In this document: positions 40,500 through 49,274 of the stretch, in pieces
How positions within the stretch are numbered: position 1 is the stretch's first letter
How the letters are laid out: every line of letters starts with the position of its first letter
Source of the DNA: Flavobacteriales bacterium
Lineage (GTDB): Bacteria; Bacteroidota; Bacteroidia; Flavobacteriales; Flavobacteriaceae
Assembly: GCA_038243675.1 (NCBI GenBank)
Contig: JBBSQV010000001.1
Span: forward strand, 20,000 to 83,999
Length of the DNA: 64,000 bases
Direction: 5' to 3'
Notes under the pieces: model-generated
Seen by the model: the letters and a program-made list of their open reading frames with translations, nothing else
The model's database searches: none
What the model was told of the DNA's origin: nothing
Made by a program: the position numbers and the translations under genes

Positions 40500-40868
40500 A
40501 TGGCTACAACTCATAAAGATTTAGAAGTTTATAAATTATCGATATCTTTTGTAACTCAAGTTTACGCAAGTACGGCTACATTTCCTAAAGAAGAGATTTT
40601 TGGACTTGTCAGTCAGTTGCGTAGAGCTGCTGTTTCCATTCCTTCCAATATTGCTGAAGGTGCAGCTCGGAAAGGTAATAATGAATATATTCATTTTCTA
40701 TACATCGCTTTGGGTAGTATGGCGGAAGTGGAGACGCAAATACTTATTGCTTATAATTTACAATATTTAAATGAGGGCAATTATCAACACTTATCTGGAA
40801 AAGTCGAGGAAATAGGAAGAATGCTAAGTGGATTAATCAGATATAGAAAAGGATTGCAGAAAATTTGA
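40500..40868 (+). CDS. Four-helix-bundle protein (23S rRNA IVP / Avd-like family)
   Basis: HKDLEVY, FPKEEIFGLVSQLRRAAVSIPSNIAEG, FLYIALGSMAEVETQ. Start moved to ATG 40500. Confidence 0.92.
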   Translation: MATTHKDLEVYKLSISFVTQVYASTATFPKEEIFGLVSQLRRAAVSIPSNIAEGAARKGNNEYIHFLYIALGSMAEVETQILIAYNLQYLNEGNYQHLSGKVEEIGRMLSGLIRYRKGLQKI

Positions 40869-40942
40869 TCATTATATTTTATATAACTAATTATAATTGT
40901 AGAAATTATAATTCTTGAAAGTCAAATATATTTATAATATTA

Positions 40943-40984
40943 TCCCTAATCCCTAATCCCTAATCCCTAATCCCTAATCCCCAA
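40943..40984 (-). repeat. Heptamer array (TCCCTAA)x5 + TCCCCAA; minus strand TTGGGGA(TTAGGGA)x5
   Basis: Read directly; inverted relative to the 40368-40395 array. Confidence 0.95.
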
Positions 40985-41504
40985 TATCCGACTTCAGGAT
41001 TCTAAAAACAGAATTTAATTTCGACTCTTCACCAAAATAGGTCACTTCCTGCTCACCAATTTTAACTGCACCAAGTCTACTCATCGAAATTAATGAGCGA
41101 TGGTTTGATGCTCCAACGTGAAAGTCGACCTGAGAAACAAATTTAAAAATATAATCTAGCATCAACTTTTTTACTTCATGGTTGAAACCTTTTCCCCAAT
41201 GCGAAACTTTGAAAAACGTATAACCTATTAAAATAGTTTTTTTATCGGCATCATAATCATAGAAGCGGGTGCTGCCAATAATTTCAGAAGTCGATATATC
41301 AATAATTTTAAAAGCACCGCCGCTTTTTATAGCACCTTCAAAGAAAATTCTGAAAACCTCACGCTTCCAGCGATCTTTATTAGGATGTTGCTCCCAGATT
41401 TTAGAATCGGACGCAGTTTTGTATAATTCCTCAAAATCATCTTCTTTAAGAGGAGAAAGCAATATTCGGTCGGATTCGAGATAGGGTTGGAGGTTTGGAG
41501 ACAT
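40974..41504 (-). CDS. GNAT N-acetyltransferase, RimJ/RimL-like
   Basis: IWEQHP, IIGSTRFY, IGYTF, HWGKGFN, VGASNHRS, RLGA. Confidence 0.88.
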   Translation of the reverse strand: MSPNLQPYLESDRILLSPLKEDDFEELYKTASDSKIWEQHPNKDRWKREVFRIFFEGAIKSGGAFKIIDISTSEIIGSTRFYDYDADKKTILIGYTFFKVSHWGKGFNHEVKKLMLDYIFKFVSQVDFHVGASNHRSLISMSRLGAVKIGEQEVTYFGEESKLNSVFRILKSDIGD

Positions 41505-41531
41505 TTTATTTAATTGTTGAATTACTAGATT

Positions 41532-41564
41532 ATCCTTCCCCCCAGCCCCCTCCGAAGGAGGGGG
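41532..41564 (-). repeat. REP-like palindromic element, left copy of an inverted pair
   Basis: ATCCTTCCCCCCAGCCCCCTCCGAAGGAGGGGG; internal 8-bp stem with a GAA loop. Confidence 0.85.
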
Positions 41565-41865
41565 AGCTCGAATCTACTTTTGACAATAGAAGCAAAGGTG
41601 GGGCAGACTAGACCCTAAATTATATTTGAAATTTTTTTTGTACTAATTTTCTAATACACAATTAAAAGTACTAATTATGTTTTGAATTTAAAGTAGTAGA
41701 GAATTCTTTATTTTGTTCCAGTGATTACTATACTTCAGACTTAGTTTTCACATTCTTTAGTTAAGCAGCTTTAGTATAACAACCAAGCGCTAATTTGACT
41801 TATAAGTTATGTTTAGTGGGTATTAACTATTTAAATATCTTCAATAATGCTGCTACGTACAGTCG

Positions 41866-41897
41866 CCCCCTCCTTCGGAGGGGGATGGGGGGAGGAT
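41866..41897 (+). repeat. REP-like palindromic element, right copy of an inverted pair
   Basis: CCCCCTCCTTCGGAGGGGGATGGGGGGAGGAT is the reverse complement of the left copy except for 1 substitution and 1 deletion. Confidence 0.85.
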
Positions 41898-41991
41898 TTT
41901 AAAATTTTTGTTTACCATCATCATTGAAGAGAGAGAGCGAATTCTAATACGTATATTTGGAGCAGATTTCTATAAAAAAAACTTTTGTCAA

Positions 41992-43068
41992 ATGATTAAT
42001 GTTACCAAGACTTTTTTTCCACCCATTGAGGAGTATAATGCCCAAGTTGCGAGGATTTGGCAAAATCAATGGCTTACCAATCGTGGCGAACTAGTGTTGG
42101 AATTGGAAGAGAAACTTAAAGAATATTTAAACGTTTCAAATATCACGATCACTAATAATGGTACCATTCCGCTACAGATTGCGCTTAAAATTCTAGGAAA
42201 TCAGGGCGAGATAATTACAACTCCTTTCAGCTATGTTGCCACATCGGCAGCGATTGTTTGGGAGAATTGTATACCTATTTTTGTTGACATTGAGCCTGAA
42301 CATTTGACCATTGACGAAACAAAAATTGAAGCGGCGATCACCTCTAAAACGACCGCAATTCTTGCGACTCACGTTTTTGGAAATCCATGCAATATCGAAG
42401 CTATTGAGAAGATTGCGGTCAAGCATGGACTAAAAGTAATCTACGATGCAGCTCACGCGTTTGGAATTAAATACAACGGCAAATCGATTTTCGAGTTTGG
42501 CGATGTAAGTACGTGTAGCTTCCATGCGACCAAATTATTTCATACTGGCGAAGGCGGGGCGATGTTTGCCAAAGACAAAAAGTTGCGCGATCATTTATTT
42601 TTTAGTCACAACTTTGGACACGATGGGCCATTAGAATTTCACGGGCTTGGCATCAACGGAAAAATTTCAGAATTGCAGGCAGCAATGGGATTGGCGGTAT
42701 TTCCATATATGAACGAAATCCTCGACGCTCGCAAAGAAGTGGTCGATTATTATAATGCAAATTTAAATTTTGATAGACTGCGCGGCATGCAAATCCGCAA
42801 GAATACCGATTGGAATTATAGCTATTATCCCATTATTTTTGAAGATGAAGAGCAGTTATTGAAAGTTCAAAAAGCATTAAACGCGAATCAAATTTTTCCA
42901 AGGCGTTACTTCTATCCATCTCTGAATACAATTGATTACATAAAAGGCCAAGAAATGCCTATTTCAGAAGATATAGCCTCAAGAATTATGTGCTTGCCAC
43001 TGTATAAAGGACTTGATCAAATTGCTCTGCAGAAAATAGTTGAAATAATAAATGCGAATTTGACGTAA
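41992..43068 (+). CDS. DegT-family aminotransferase, VioA-like
   Basis: MINVTK, LTNRG, TTPFSYVAT, YDAAHAFG, SFHATKLFHTGEGG, RRYFYP. Start moved to ATG 41992. Confidence 0.9.
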   Translation: MINVTKTFFPPIEEYNAQVARIWQNQWLTNRGELVLELEEKLKEYLNVSNITITNNGTIPLQIALKILGNQGEIITTPFSYVATSAAIVWENCIPIFVDIEPEHLTIDETKIEAAITSKTTAILATHVFGNPCNIEAIEKIAVKHGLKVIYDAAHAFGIKYNGKSIFEFGDVSTCSFHATKLFHTGEGGAMFAKDKKLRDHLFFSHNFGHDGPLEFHGLGINGKISELQAAMGLAVFPYMNEILDARKEVVDYYNANLNFDRLRGMQIRKNTDWNYSYYPIIFEDEEQLLKVQKALNANQIFPRRYFYPSLNTIDYIKGQEMPISEDIASRIMCLPLYKGLDQIALQKIVEIINANLT

Positions 43069-43215
43069 GAAAGTTAATAACTGCCAGGTAAAAGCTAAAA
43101 GCCAAAATCAGTCAAAAAGTTATTATGTCTTTAAAATAGTGCTATTTTTGTTTGACATTCACAAGAGTCCACAATTTACAAATGCATTTTTTTTCTGAAT
43201 GACCAGAAGTTTTCC

Positions 43216-44481
43216 ATGACAGACGATATCATCTTAAAAGCCGAAAACATTTCCAAGCAATACCGTTTAGGCCAAGTGGGTACTGGAACGTTGAGTCATG
43301 ATCTCAACAGATGGTGGCATAGCATTCGTGGTAAAGAAGATCCATATCTCAAGATTGGCGATGTCAACAATCGCGCTACCAAAGCAGAGAGCGATTATGT
43401 TTGGGCCCTGAAAGACATAAATTTTGAAGTAAAGCGGGGTGAAGTGTTGGGAATTATTGGAAAGAATGGCGCAGGAAAATCAACTTTACTTAAAATATTA
43501 TCCAAAGTTACATCTCCAACCACCGGCATCATTAAATCCAAAGGTCGAATTGCTTCCTTGCTAGAAGTAGGTACGGGTTTTAATCCGGAGCTTACAGGTA
43601 GAGAAAACATTTTTTTGAACGGCGCTATTTTGGGAATGACCAAAAAAGAAATCAGTTCAAAAATTAGCGAAATCATCGAATTCAGTGGTTGCGAAAGATA
43701 TATAGACACTCCTACAAAACGCTATAGTAGCGGAATGACGGTTAGACTTGCTTTTGCAGTAGCGGCATTTCTCGAACCAGAGATTTTAGTGATTGATGAA
43801 GTTTTGGCAGTTGGCGACGCCGAATTTCAGAAAAAAGCAATTGGCAAGATGCAAGATATTTCGAGAGAAGGCGGCAGGACGGTGCTGTTTGTGAGTCATA
43901 ATATGGCGGCGGTGCAAAGTTTATGTACAAGGAGTGTAGTAATGCAAAATGGAACTATAAAATATGACGGGGAAACGGAAGATGCTATTCAATTTTACCT
44001 AAAGGAAAATTCTGTCAATCTCGAATTAAATACAGTTGAAGATAGAAAAGGAAATGGATTAGTTAAGGTAAAAAATGTTGCTGTTTACGGCGTTACCAAA
44101 GAAACTTTACCTCAAACGGGCAAAAGCTTCTCAATAGATTTCCAGTTTGATAATCCATTGAAAATAGATAGTTCAAACATGAAATTTGATTTTCGTATAG
44201 ATGATTATGCGGGACAGAGAATAGTTTGGATGAGTAATACAGTCCTTGATAATGAGAATTATTTGGCTTGTAATAGTATGATTTTTCAAATTCAAAAGTT
44301 AAATTTAAATAAAGGTACCTATTATGTGACTACACATTTAGCAATTAATAATGAAATTAGCGATTGGATACAAAACGCTTTTAGTTTTGAGGTTACAGAA
44401 GGAGATTTTTATGGAACAGGAAGACAAGTCTCTATAGCTCAAAGTAAAGTACTAATGGATTTTAATGTGTTATTTAAATGA
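43216..44481 (+). CDS. wzt: ABC polysaccharide exporter ATPase with C-terminal Wzt_C domain
   Basis: Walker A GKNGAGKST, YSSGM, IDEVLAVGD, VSH, plus a beta-rich C-terminal extension. Confidence 0.93.
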   Translation: MTDDIILKAENISKQYRLGQVGTGTLSHDLNRWWHSIRGKEDPYLKIGDVNNRATKAESDYVWALKDINFEVKRGEVLGIIGKNGAGKSTLLKILSKVTSPTTGIIKSKGRIASLLEVGTGFNPELTGRENIFLNGAILGMTKKEISSKISEIIEFSGCERYIDTPTKRYSSGMTVRLAFAVAAFLEPEILVIDEVLAVGDAEFQKKAIGKMQDISREGGRTVLFVSHNMAAVQSLCTRSVVMQNGTIKYDGETEDAIQFYLKENSVNLELNTVEDRKGNGLVKVKNVAVYGVTKETLPQTGKSFSIDFQFDNPLKIDSSNMKFDFRIDDYAGQRIVWMSNTVLDNENYLACNSMIFQIQKLNLNKGTYYVTTHLAINNEISDWIQNAFSFEVTEGDFYGTGRQVSIAQSKVLMDFNVLFK

Positions 44482-45200
44482 TAAAACGGATAAAACAGCT
44501 GATAATAGACAATAAATTAAGACAGAAACAAATAATCGCTCAAAATGATGAATTATTGTGGGCATCTATTTTTCATGACAGTATTAAAGGTAAGAAAGGA
44601 ATTGAAAATTTGCCTTTAAATATAGGAAGGTGGGCTGGTAATTATTCTTTTTTTTACGTTTTAAACAGAATCTTAAATGATTACCAACCTAATAAAATTC
44701 TAGAATTTGGCTTGGGTGAATCTTCAAAATTTGTTTCCACTTATTTGCATAATTATTTATTAGATTCTGAACATATCATCATTGAACAAGATGCTGATTG
44801 GAAAAATGCTTTCGAAAATAAATTCACATTATCTTTAAGGTCTAGTATACAAATTATGCCGCTGTTGCAGAAGAGTTACAAGGGTTTTAATTATAATGGC
44901 TACGAAAATATAGAAAGTAGCATACAATCAATTTTTGATTTATATATAATTGACGGTCCTTTTGGAAGTCCCAAATATTCTAGGTTTGATATTTATGCAT
45001 TAGCTGAAAAACTTACGACGCAAAATGATTTTATAATTATTATGGATGATTATAATCGAAGTGGCGAAAAAGAAACCACCAAAGAATTACTGTTAATGTT
45101 CAAAAATAAAAATATTAAAGTGCATTCAGCGGTTTACGGTGGTGTAAAAACCGTTATAGTACTAGGGTCAGAAAAATATAAATATATTACAACTTTATAG
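44478..45200 (+). CDS. Putative class I SAM-dependent methyltransferase-like protein
   Basis: ILEFGLGESS, IIEQD, FDLYIIDGP, IIMDD. Confidence 0.5.
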   Translation: MIKRIKQLIIDNKLRQKQIIAQNDELLWASIFHDSIKGKKGIENLPLNIGRWAGNYSFFYVLNRILNDYQPNKILEFGLGESSKFVSTYLHNYLLDSEHIIIEQDADWKNAFENKFTLSLRSSIQIMPLLQKSYKGFNYNGYENIESSIQSIFDLYIIDGPFGSPKYSRFDIYALAEKLTTQNDFIIIMDDYNRSGEKETTKELLLMFKNKNIKVHSAVYGGVKTVIVLGSEKYKYITTL

Positions 45201-45206
45201 AATTTG

Positions 45207-46172
45207 ATGGATAAGCCATTAGTTTCAATAATAATTCCTACTCATAACAGAGCCCATCTCATAGGTGAAACGCTCGATTCTATTCTAGCGCAAACTTACT
45301 ATAATTGGGAATGTATAATTGTCGACGATGGTTCGAATGATAATACCGAAGATGTTGTTGATAAATATATCAAAAAAGACTCTCGCTTTAGTTATTACAA
45401 AAGGCCAGCGGATAGGGCTAAAGGCGGAAACGCGTGCAGAAATTACGGATTTGAAATGAGTGCTGGAGAATTTATCAATTGGTTTGATGATGATGATTTA
45501 ATGCTAAAGAACTTCCTAGAGGAAAAAGTAAATGCTTTTTCTCTAGAATTAGATTTAGTAATAGCTTCTGGATATTATACAAATGAGTTTTTAAAGAATA
45601 AAAGCATTATAAGTTTAGATGAGCAATCTAATTTGTTTAAAGAATATTGCTTGTGGAAATTACAGATTTTAACGCCATCAATACTTTTTAGAAAAAGTTT
45701 TTTATTAGGAAAGGAATTGTTTTCTCACAGAATTTCAAGAGGTCAAGAAACCGAATTTTTTTCCAGAATTTTTTTTAAATTGCCAAAAATGCAATTTAAA
45801 ATTATAAATATTCCATTATTCTTATATCGGCAACATGCAGATTCTAAAACATATCAAAATAAATTATATAATAACGATTTTAAATTCTCTCAGAGTTTTA
45901 TAGCAATTGAGAATTTCAAAAAAAGTATTGAATTAGAGGATTATCAGTTAATTAATTATTATTATCAGGCCGTTCTGGATTGTTTTTTTAGAGCTTTAGA
46001 AAACAATGATAAAAAGAATACTAGGTATATTTTACAGGAATTTATTCCGATTCTAAAAAAAATAAATTATTTAAGTGGTTTAGAGTTTGCCTTTTTAGGA
46101 AAATCGTTCTGCCTGATGAGTAGAGGAAGTTATAGAATTGAAAAATATCTTAAAAATAAATATATTTTATGA
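45207..46172 (+). CDS. GT2 glycosyltransferase
   Basis: VSIIIPTHNR, VDDGSND, RNYG, WFDDDD. Confidence 0.92.
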   Translation: MDKPLVSIIIPTHNRAHLIGETLDSILAQTYYNWECIIVDDGSNDNTEDVVDKYIKKDSRFSYYKRPADRAKGGNACRNYGFEMSAGEFINWFDDDDLMLKNFLEEKVNAFSLELDLVIASGYYTNEFLKNKSIISLDEQSNLFKEYCLWKLQILTPSILFRKSFLLGKELFSHRISRGQETEFFSRIFFKLPKMQFKIINIPLFLYRQHADSKTYQNKLYNNDFKFSQSFIAIENFKKSIELEDYQLINYYYQAVLDCFFRALENNDKKNTRYILQEFIPILKKINYLSGLEFAFLGKSFCLMSRGSYRIEKYLKNKYIL

Positions 46173-47116
46173 ATAATTCCACCATAATTTCAATCATTAT
46201 ACCAACCTACAATCGAGCGCATTTAGTTGGCGAGACGCTTGATTCTATAATAGGACAATCTTACGAAAATTGGGAGTGCATTATTGTTGATGATGGCTCG
46301 ATCGATAATACATGTGAAGTAGTTGGGGAATATGTAAAAAGAGATAGTCGTTTTCAATTTCATCATAGACCAATTACAAAGATAAAAGGCCCTAATTCCT
46401 GTAGAAACTATGGATTTAATTTAAGTAAAGGGAATTATATAAACTGGATTGATAGTGACGACATTTACTTGTCTAATGCATTAGAAGAATATCAAAAAGC
46501 TTTTGATAAATCCACCGATGTTGTAATTGGTAAAGTAGAAAAAATGAACTTTAATAACAATGTATCAATTAGCATAAATAAAATTTGTTCTGATAGCATT
46601 ATAGAAGATCACTTTACTGGAAAAATCACATACTTTATATGTGGTCCTATGTGGAAACGCGATTTTTTAATTAGACAGGATGTTTTATTTGATGAAGAGA
46701 TTTCGAACTTAGACGACTGGGATTTTAATCTGAGAATGTTATACACCAATCCGAAAACTAAGTATCTTATCAAACCTCTTATTCAATATCGCATGCATGA
46801 AAATTCTTTGTCTAGAGAAATACAAAACTTTAATTATGGGGAGATACAATCAGAATTGCGAGCAAGGAAAAAGCACTTAATGTTGTTGAAAAATAATAAA
46901 AATGTGGATCAAAAAGTTCTGCTTTCTTTTGTCAGAGATCGATATAAATATTTTTTTAGAGAAGCTATGGCTCGTGATCACTCAAAAAAGTATTATCTTT
47001 TAAAAAATTTGCTAATAAAGCAAATTGCAGTTAATGACTTTTTAGGAGTTGCAAAAATATTATTTGGTTTCGCGTTTTTCTCAATTTTCAACAAAGGCTA
47101 TGTTTTATTAAAATAA
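46169..47116 (+). CDS. GT2 glycosyltransferase
   Basis: ISIIIPTYNR, VDDGS, RNYG, WIDSDD, DDWDF; N-terminus similar to the preceding gene. Confidence 0.92.
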   Translation: MNNSTIISIIIPTYNRAHLVGETLDSIIGQSYENWECIIVDDGSIDNTCEVVGEYVKRDSRFQFHHRPITKIKGPNSCRNYGFNLSKGNYINWIDSDDIYLSNALEEYQKAFDKSTDVVIGKVEKMNFNNNVSISINKICSDSIIEDHFTGKITYFICGPMWKRDFLIRQDVLFDEEISNLDDWDFNLRMLYTNPKTKYLIKPLIQYRMHENSLSREIQNFNYGEIQSELRARKKHLMLLKNNKNVDQKVLLSFVRDRYKYFFREAMARDHSKKYYLLKNLLIKQIAVNDFLGVAKILFGFAFFSIFNKGYVLLK

Positions 47117-47117
47117 A

Positions 47118-48269
47118 ATGAGAATACTCTTCATATCAATGCCATCAATTCATGCAACTCGCTGGATTAAGAACCTCGAAAATAGTGGTCATGAATTGTA
47201 TTGGTATGACATCCTTAAGAGAGGGAGATTAAATGTATCTCAAGAGATGACCCAGTTAATCGATTATAATAAAAGAAAAATGCCTCCGTTAAAAGGAGAA
47301 TATTTTTTGCGTAAGAATTATCCAAAAGTTTACAAAATGATTCGTCCATTCCTCGAGGAGACGGAAAATGAAGCTCTGGATGGCATTATTAAAAGTATAA
47401 ATCCTGATGTGATTCATAGCTTTGAAATGCAGTCTTGTTCCTATCCGATATTAAGAACAATGAATAATTTTCCGGAAATCCCTTGGATTTATTCCTGCTG
47501 GGGTAGTGACTTATTTTACTTTCAAAATATAGCTTTACACAAGAAGAAGATAAAAGATGTTCTGAGTAGAATTGATTATCTCCAAACCGACTGTCTGCGA
47601 GATTTGCAAATAGCAACCACTCTAGGCTTTGTAGGCAAGAATTTGCCAGTAGTACCTGGCGGTAGTGGATATAATGTTGATGACTTAGTTCTCTTGCAAC
47701 GACCAATCCCCCAGAGGAAAATAATTCTTGTTAAAGGCTATGAACATAATTTTGGTCGTGCATTAAATGTTATAAAAGCTTTAGAGAACAATTTGATTAT
47801 TTTTTTAAATTATGAAGTAATTGTTTTCGGAGCACATCCAGCTGTTGTCAAGTACATCTTCGATAATAATTTGCCATTTAAAGTTTTTGATAGAGATCAA
47901 CTTGCTCAAGATGAAGTCTTACTGCTTATGGGAAAATCATTATTATATATTGGTAACAGCACCTCTGATGGCATACCCAACACTTTACTTGAAGCAATTG
48001 TAATGGGTGCTTTTCCAATTCAATCCAATCCTGGAAATGCTACTGCTGAAATTATTGAAGATGGAGTTAATGGCTTATTAATTCAAGATCCCGAAAATAT
48101 TGCTCATATTGCCTCTGTTATAATAGATGCAGTTGAAAATTTTGATATGATTGCCCAAGCTCAAATAATCAATCATACAATTGCTTTAAAAAAATTAGAT
48201 TTTGAAGTTAATAAGCAAAAAGTTCTGCAAATATATAGAAATGTTGAAAAAAGAATTAAATGCGAGTAG
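47118..48269 (+). CDS. GT4-like glycosyltransferase
   Basis: PDVIHS, WGSD, SDGIPNTLLEA, EDGVNG. Confidence 0.85.
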   Translation: MRILFISMPSIHATRWIKNLENSGHELYWYDILKRGRLNVSQEMTQLIDYNKRKMPPLKGEYFLRKNYPKVYKMIRPFLEETENEALDGIIKSINPDVIHSFEMQSCSYPILRTMNNFPEIPWIYSCWGSDLFYFQNIALHKKKIKDVLSRIDYLQTDCLRDLQIATTLGFVGKNLPVVPGGSGYNVDDLVLLQRPIPQRKIILVKGYEHNFGRALNVIKALENNLIIFLNYEVIVFGAHPAVVKYIFDNNLPFKVFDRDQLAQDEVLLLMGKSLLYIGNSTSDGIPNTLLEAIVMGAFPIQSNPGNATAEIIEDGVNGLLIQDPENIAHIASVIIDAVENFDMIAQAQIINHTIALKKLDFEVNKQKVLQIYRNVEKRIKCE

Positions 48270-49270
48270 GTTTTAATCCAAATAAAGACAAATTGCTAAA
48301 GCAGTCTGATGATTTTCATCAGATTATAATGCCAGTTTATATTCCAAATCAGGAAAATTATTTTCAAGATGCATTGAAAATTCTTGAAATGAGTTTAGAT
48401 TCTTTGTTTAAAACTTGTCACTCTAAAACATTTATTTCGGTGGTAGATAATGGAAGTTGTGCTGAAGTTTCAATGTATCTAAATCGACTGAAAGTAGAAG
48501 ATAAAATCCACGAACTGATTCAAACTACAAATATTGGAAAACTAAATGCTGTATTTAAAGCATTGTCGGGTCATCAATTTTCTTTGGTTACAATCACAGA
48601 TGCTGATGTATTATTTTTAAATGGATGGCAGAACGGAACCTATGAGGTTTTTACTAACTTTCCCAAAGCTGGTGCGGTTAGCCCCGTTCCATCTTCTAAA
48701 ATGTATCGTTACCACACAGAAAATATAATTAGCCAAAAGTTATTTTCAAATAAGCTAAAATTTACTAGAGTAAAAAATCCAGAAGCTATGAAAGCTTTTG
48801 CATTTAGTATAGGAAATGAAGATTTTTATAATCATGCGCATCTTTCAAAATATCTGACCTTAGAATCTTCAGAATTTAAAGCCGTTGTTGGTGCGGCACA
48901 TTTTGTCTGCACTTATAGAGGAGAAGTATTTGAAGATAGAAATGTAAATTATTCCAATTTTAGTCTAGGTGGAGATAGTGAAAATCGCTTTTTGGACAAG
49001 GCTGTTATTGACAAAAATTTATGGCGACTTTCAACAGAAGACAATTATGCACTCCATATGGGAAATGTAGTTGAAGATTGGATGAAGAATACAGTTTTGC
49101 AGTTTTCAGGAGAAAATTATAATATTGAGGATGTTGCTTTATTGAAATTAAAAAAAACTAATTTCAATATAAAGAGTACATTATTTAAAAGACTTATATC
49201 AAGTAAAAGTTTTCGTATTTTCTTTTTAAAGTTCAAAGGTTTGTCAAAAGAGCAAGCTGATAAATATTAA
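48260..49270 (+). CDS. GT-A fold (GT2-like) glycosyltransferase
   Basis: IIMPVY, VDNGS, NIGK, TDADV. Confidence 0.75.
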   Translation: MRVGFNPNKDKLLKQSDDFHQIIMPVYIPNQENYFQDALKILEMSLDSLFKTCHSKTFISVVDNGSCAEVSMYLNRLKVEDKIHELIQTTNIGKLNAVFKALSGHQFSLVTITDADVLFLNGWQNGTYEVFTNFPKAGAVSPVPSSKMYRYHTENIISQKLFSNKLKFTRVKNPEAMKAFAFSIGNEDFYNHAHLSKYLTLESSEFKAVVGAAHFVCTYRGEVFEDRNVNYSNFSLGGDSENRFLDKAVIDKNLWRLSTEDNYALHMGNVVEDWMKNTVLQFSGENYNIEDVALLKLKKTNFNIKSTLFKRLISSKSFRIFFLKFKGLSKEQADKY

Positions 49271-49274
49271 AGGC

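Noticed and set aside
40500-40868. Diversity-generating retroelement or 23S rRNA intervening sequence
   Set aside because: No reverse transcriptase, no TR/VR pair and no rRNA sequence seen in the window.
39429-40984. CRISPR array
   Set aside because: The repeats are contiguous 7-mers without spacers, and there are no cas genes.
41595-41640. Possible DUF559-type nuclease remnant (DPKLYLKF) between the REP-like pair
   Set aside because: The match is only a few residues and rests on recollection; not supportable without a search.
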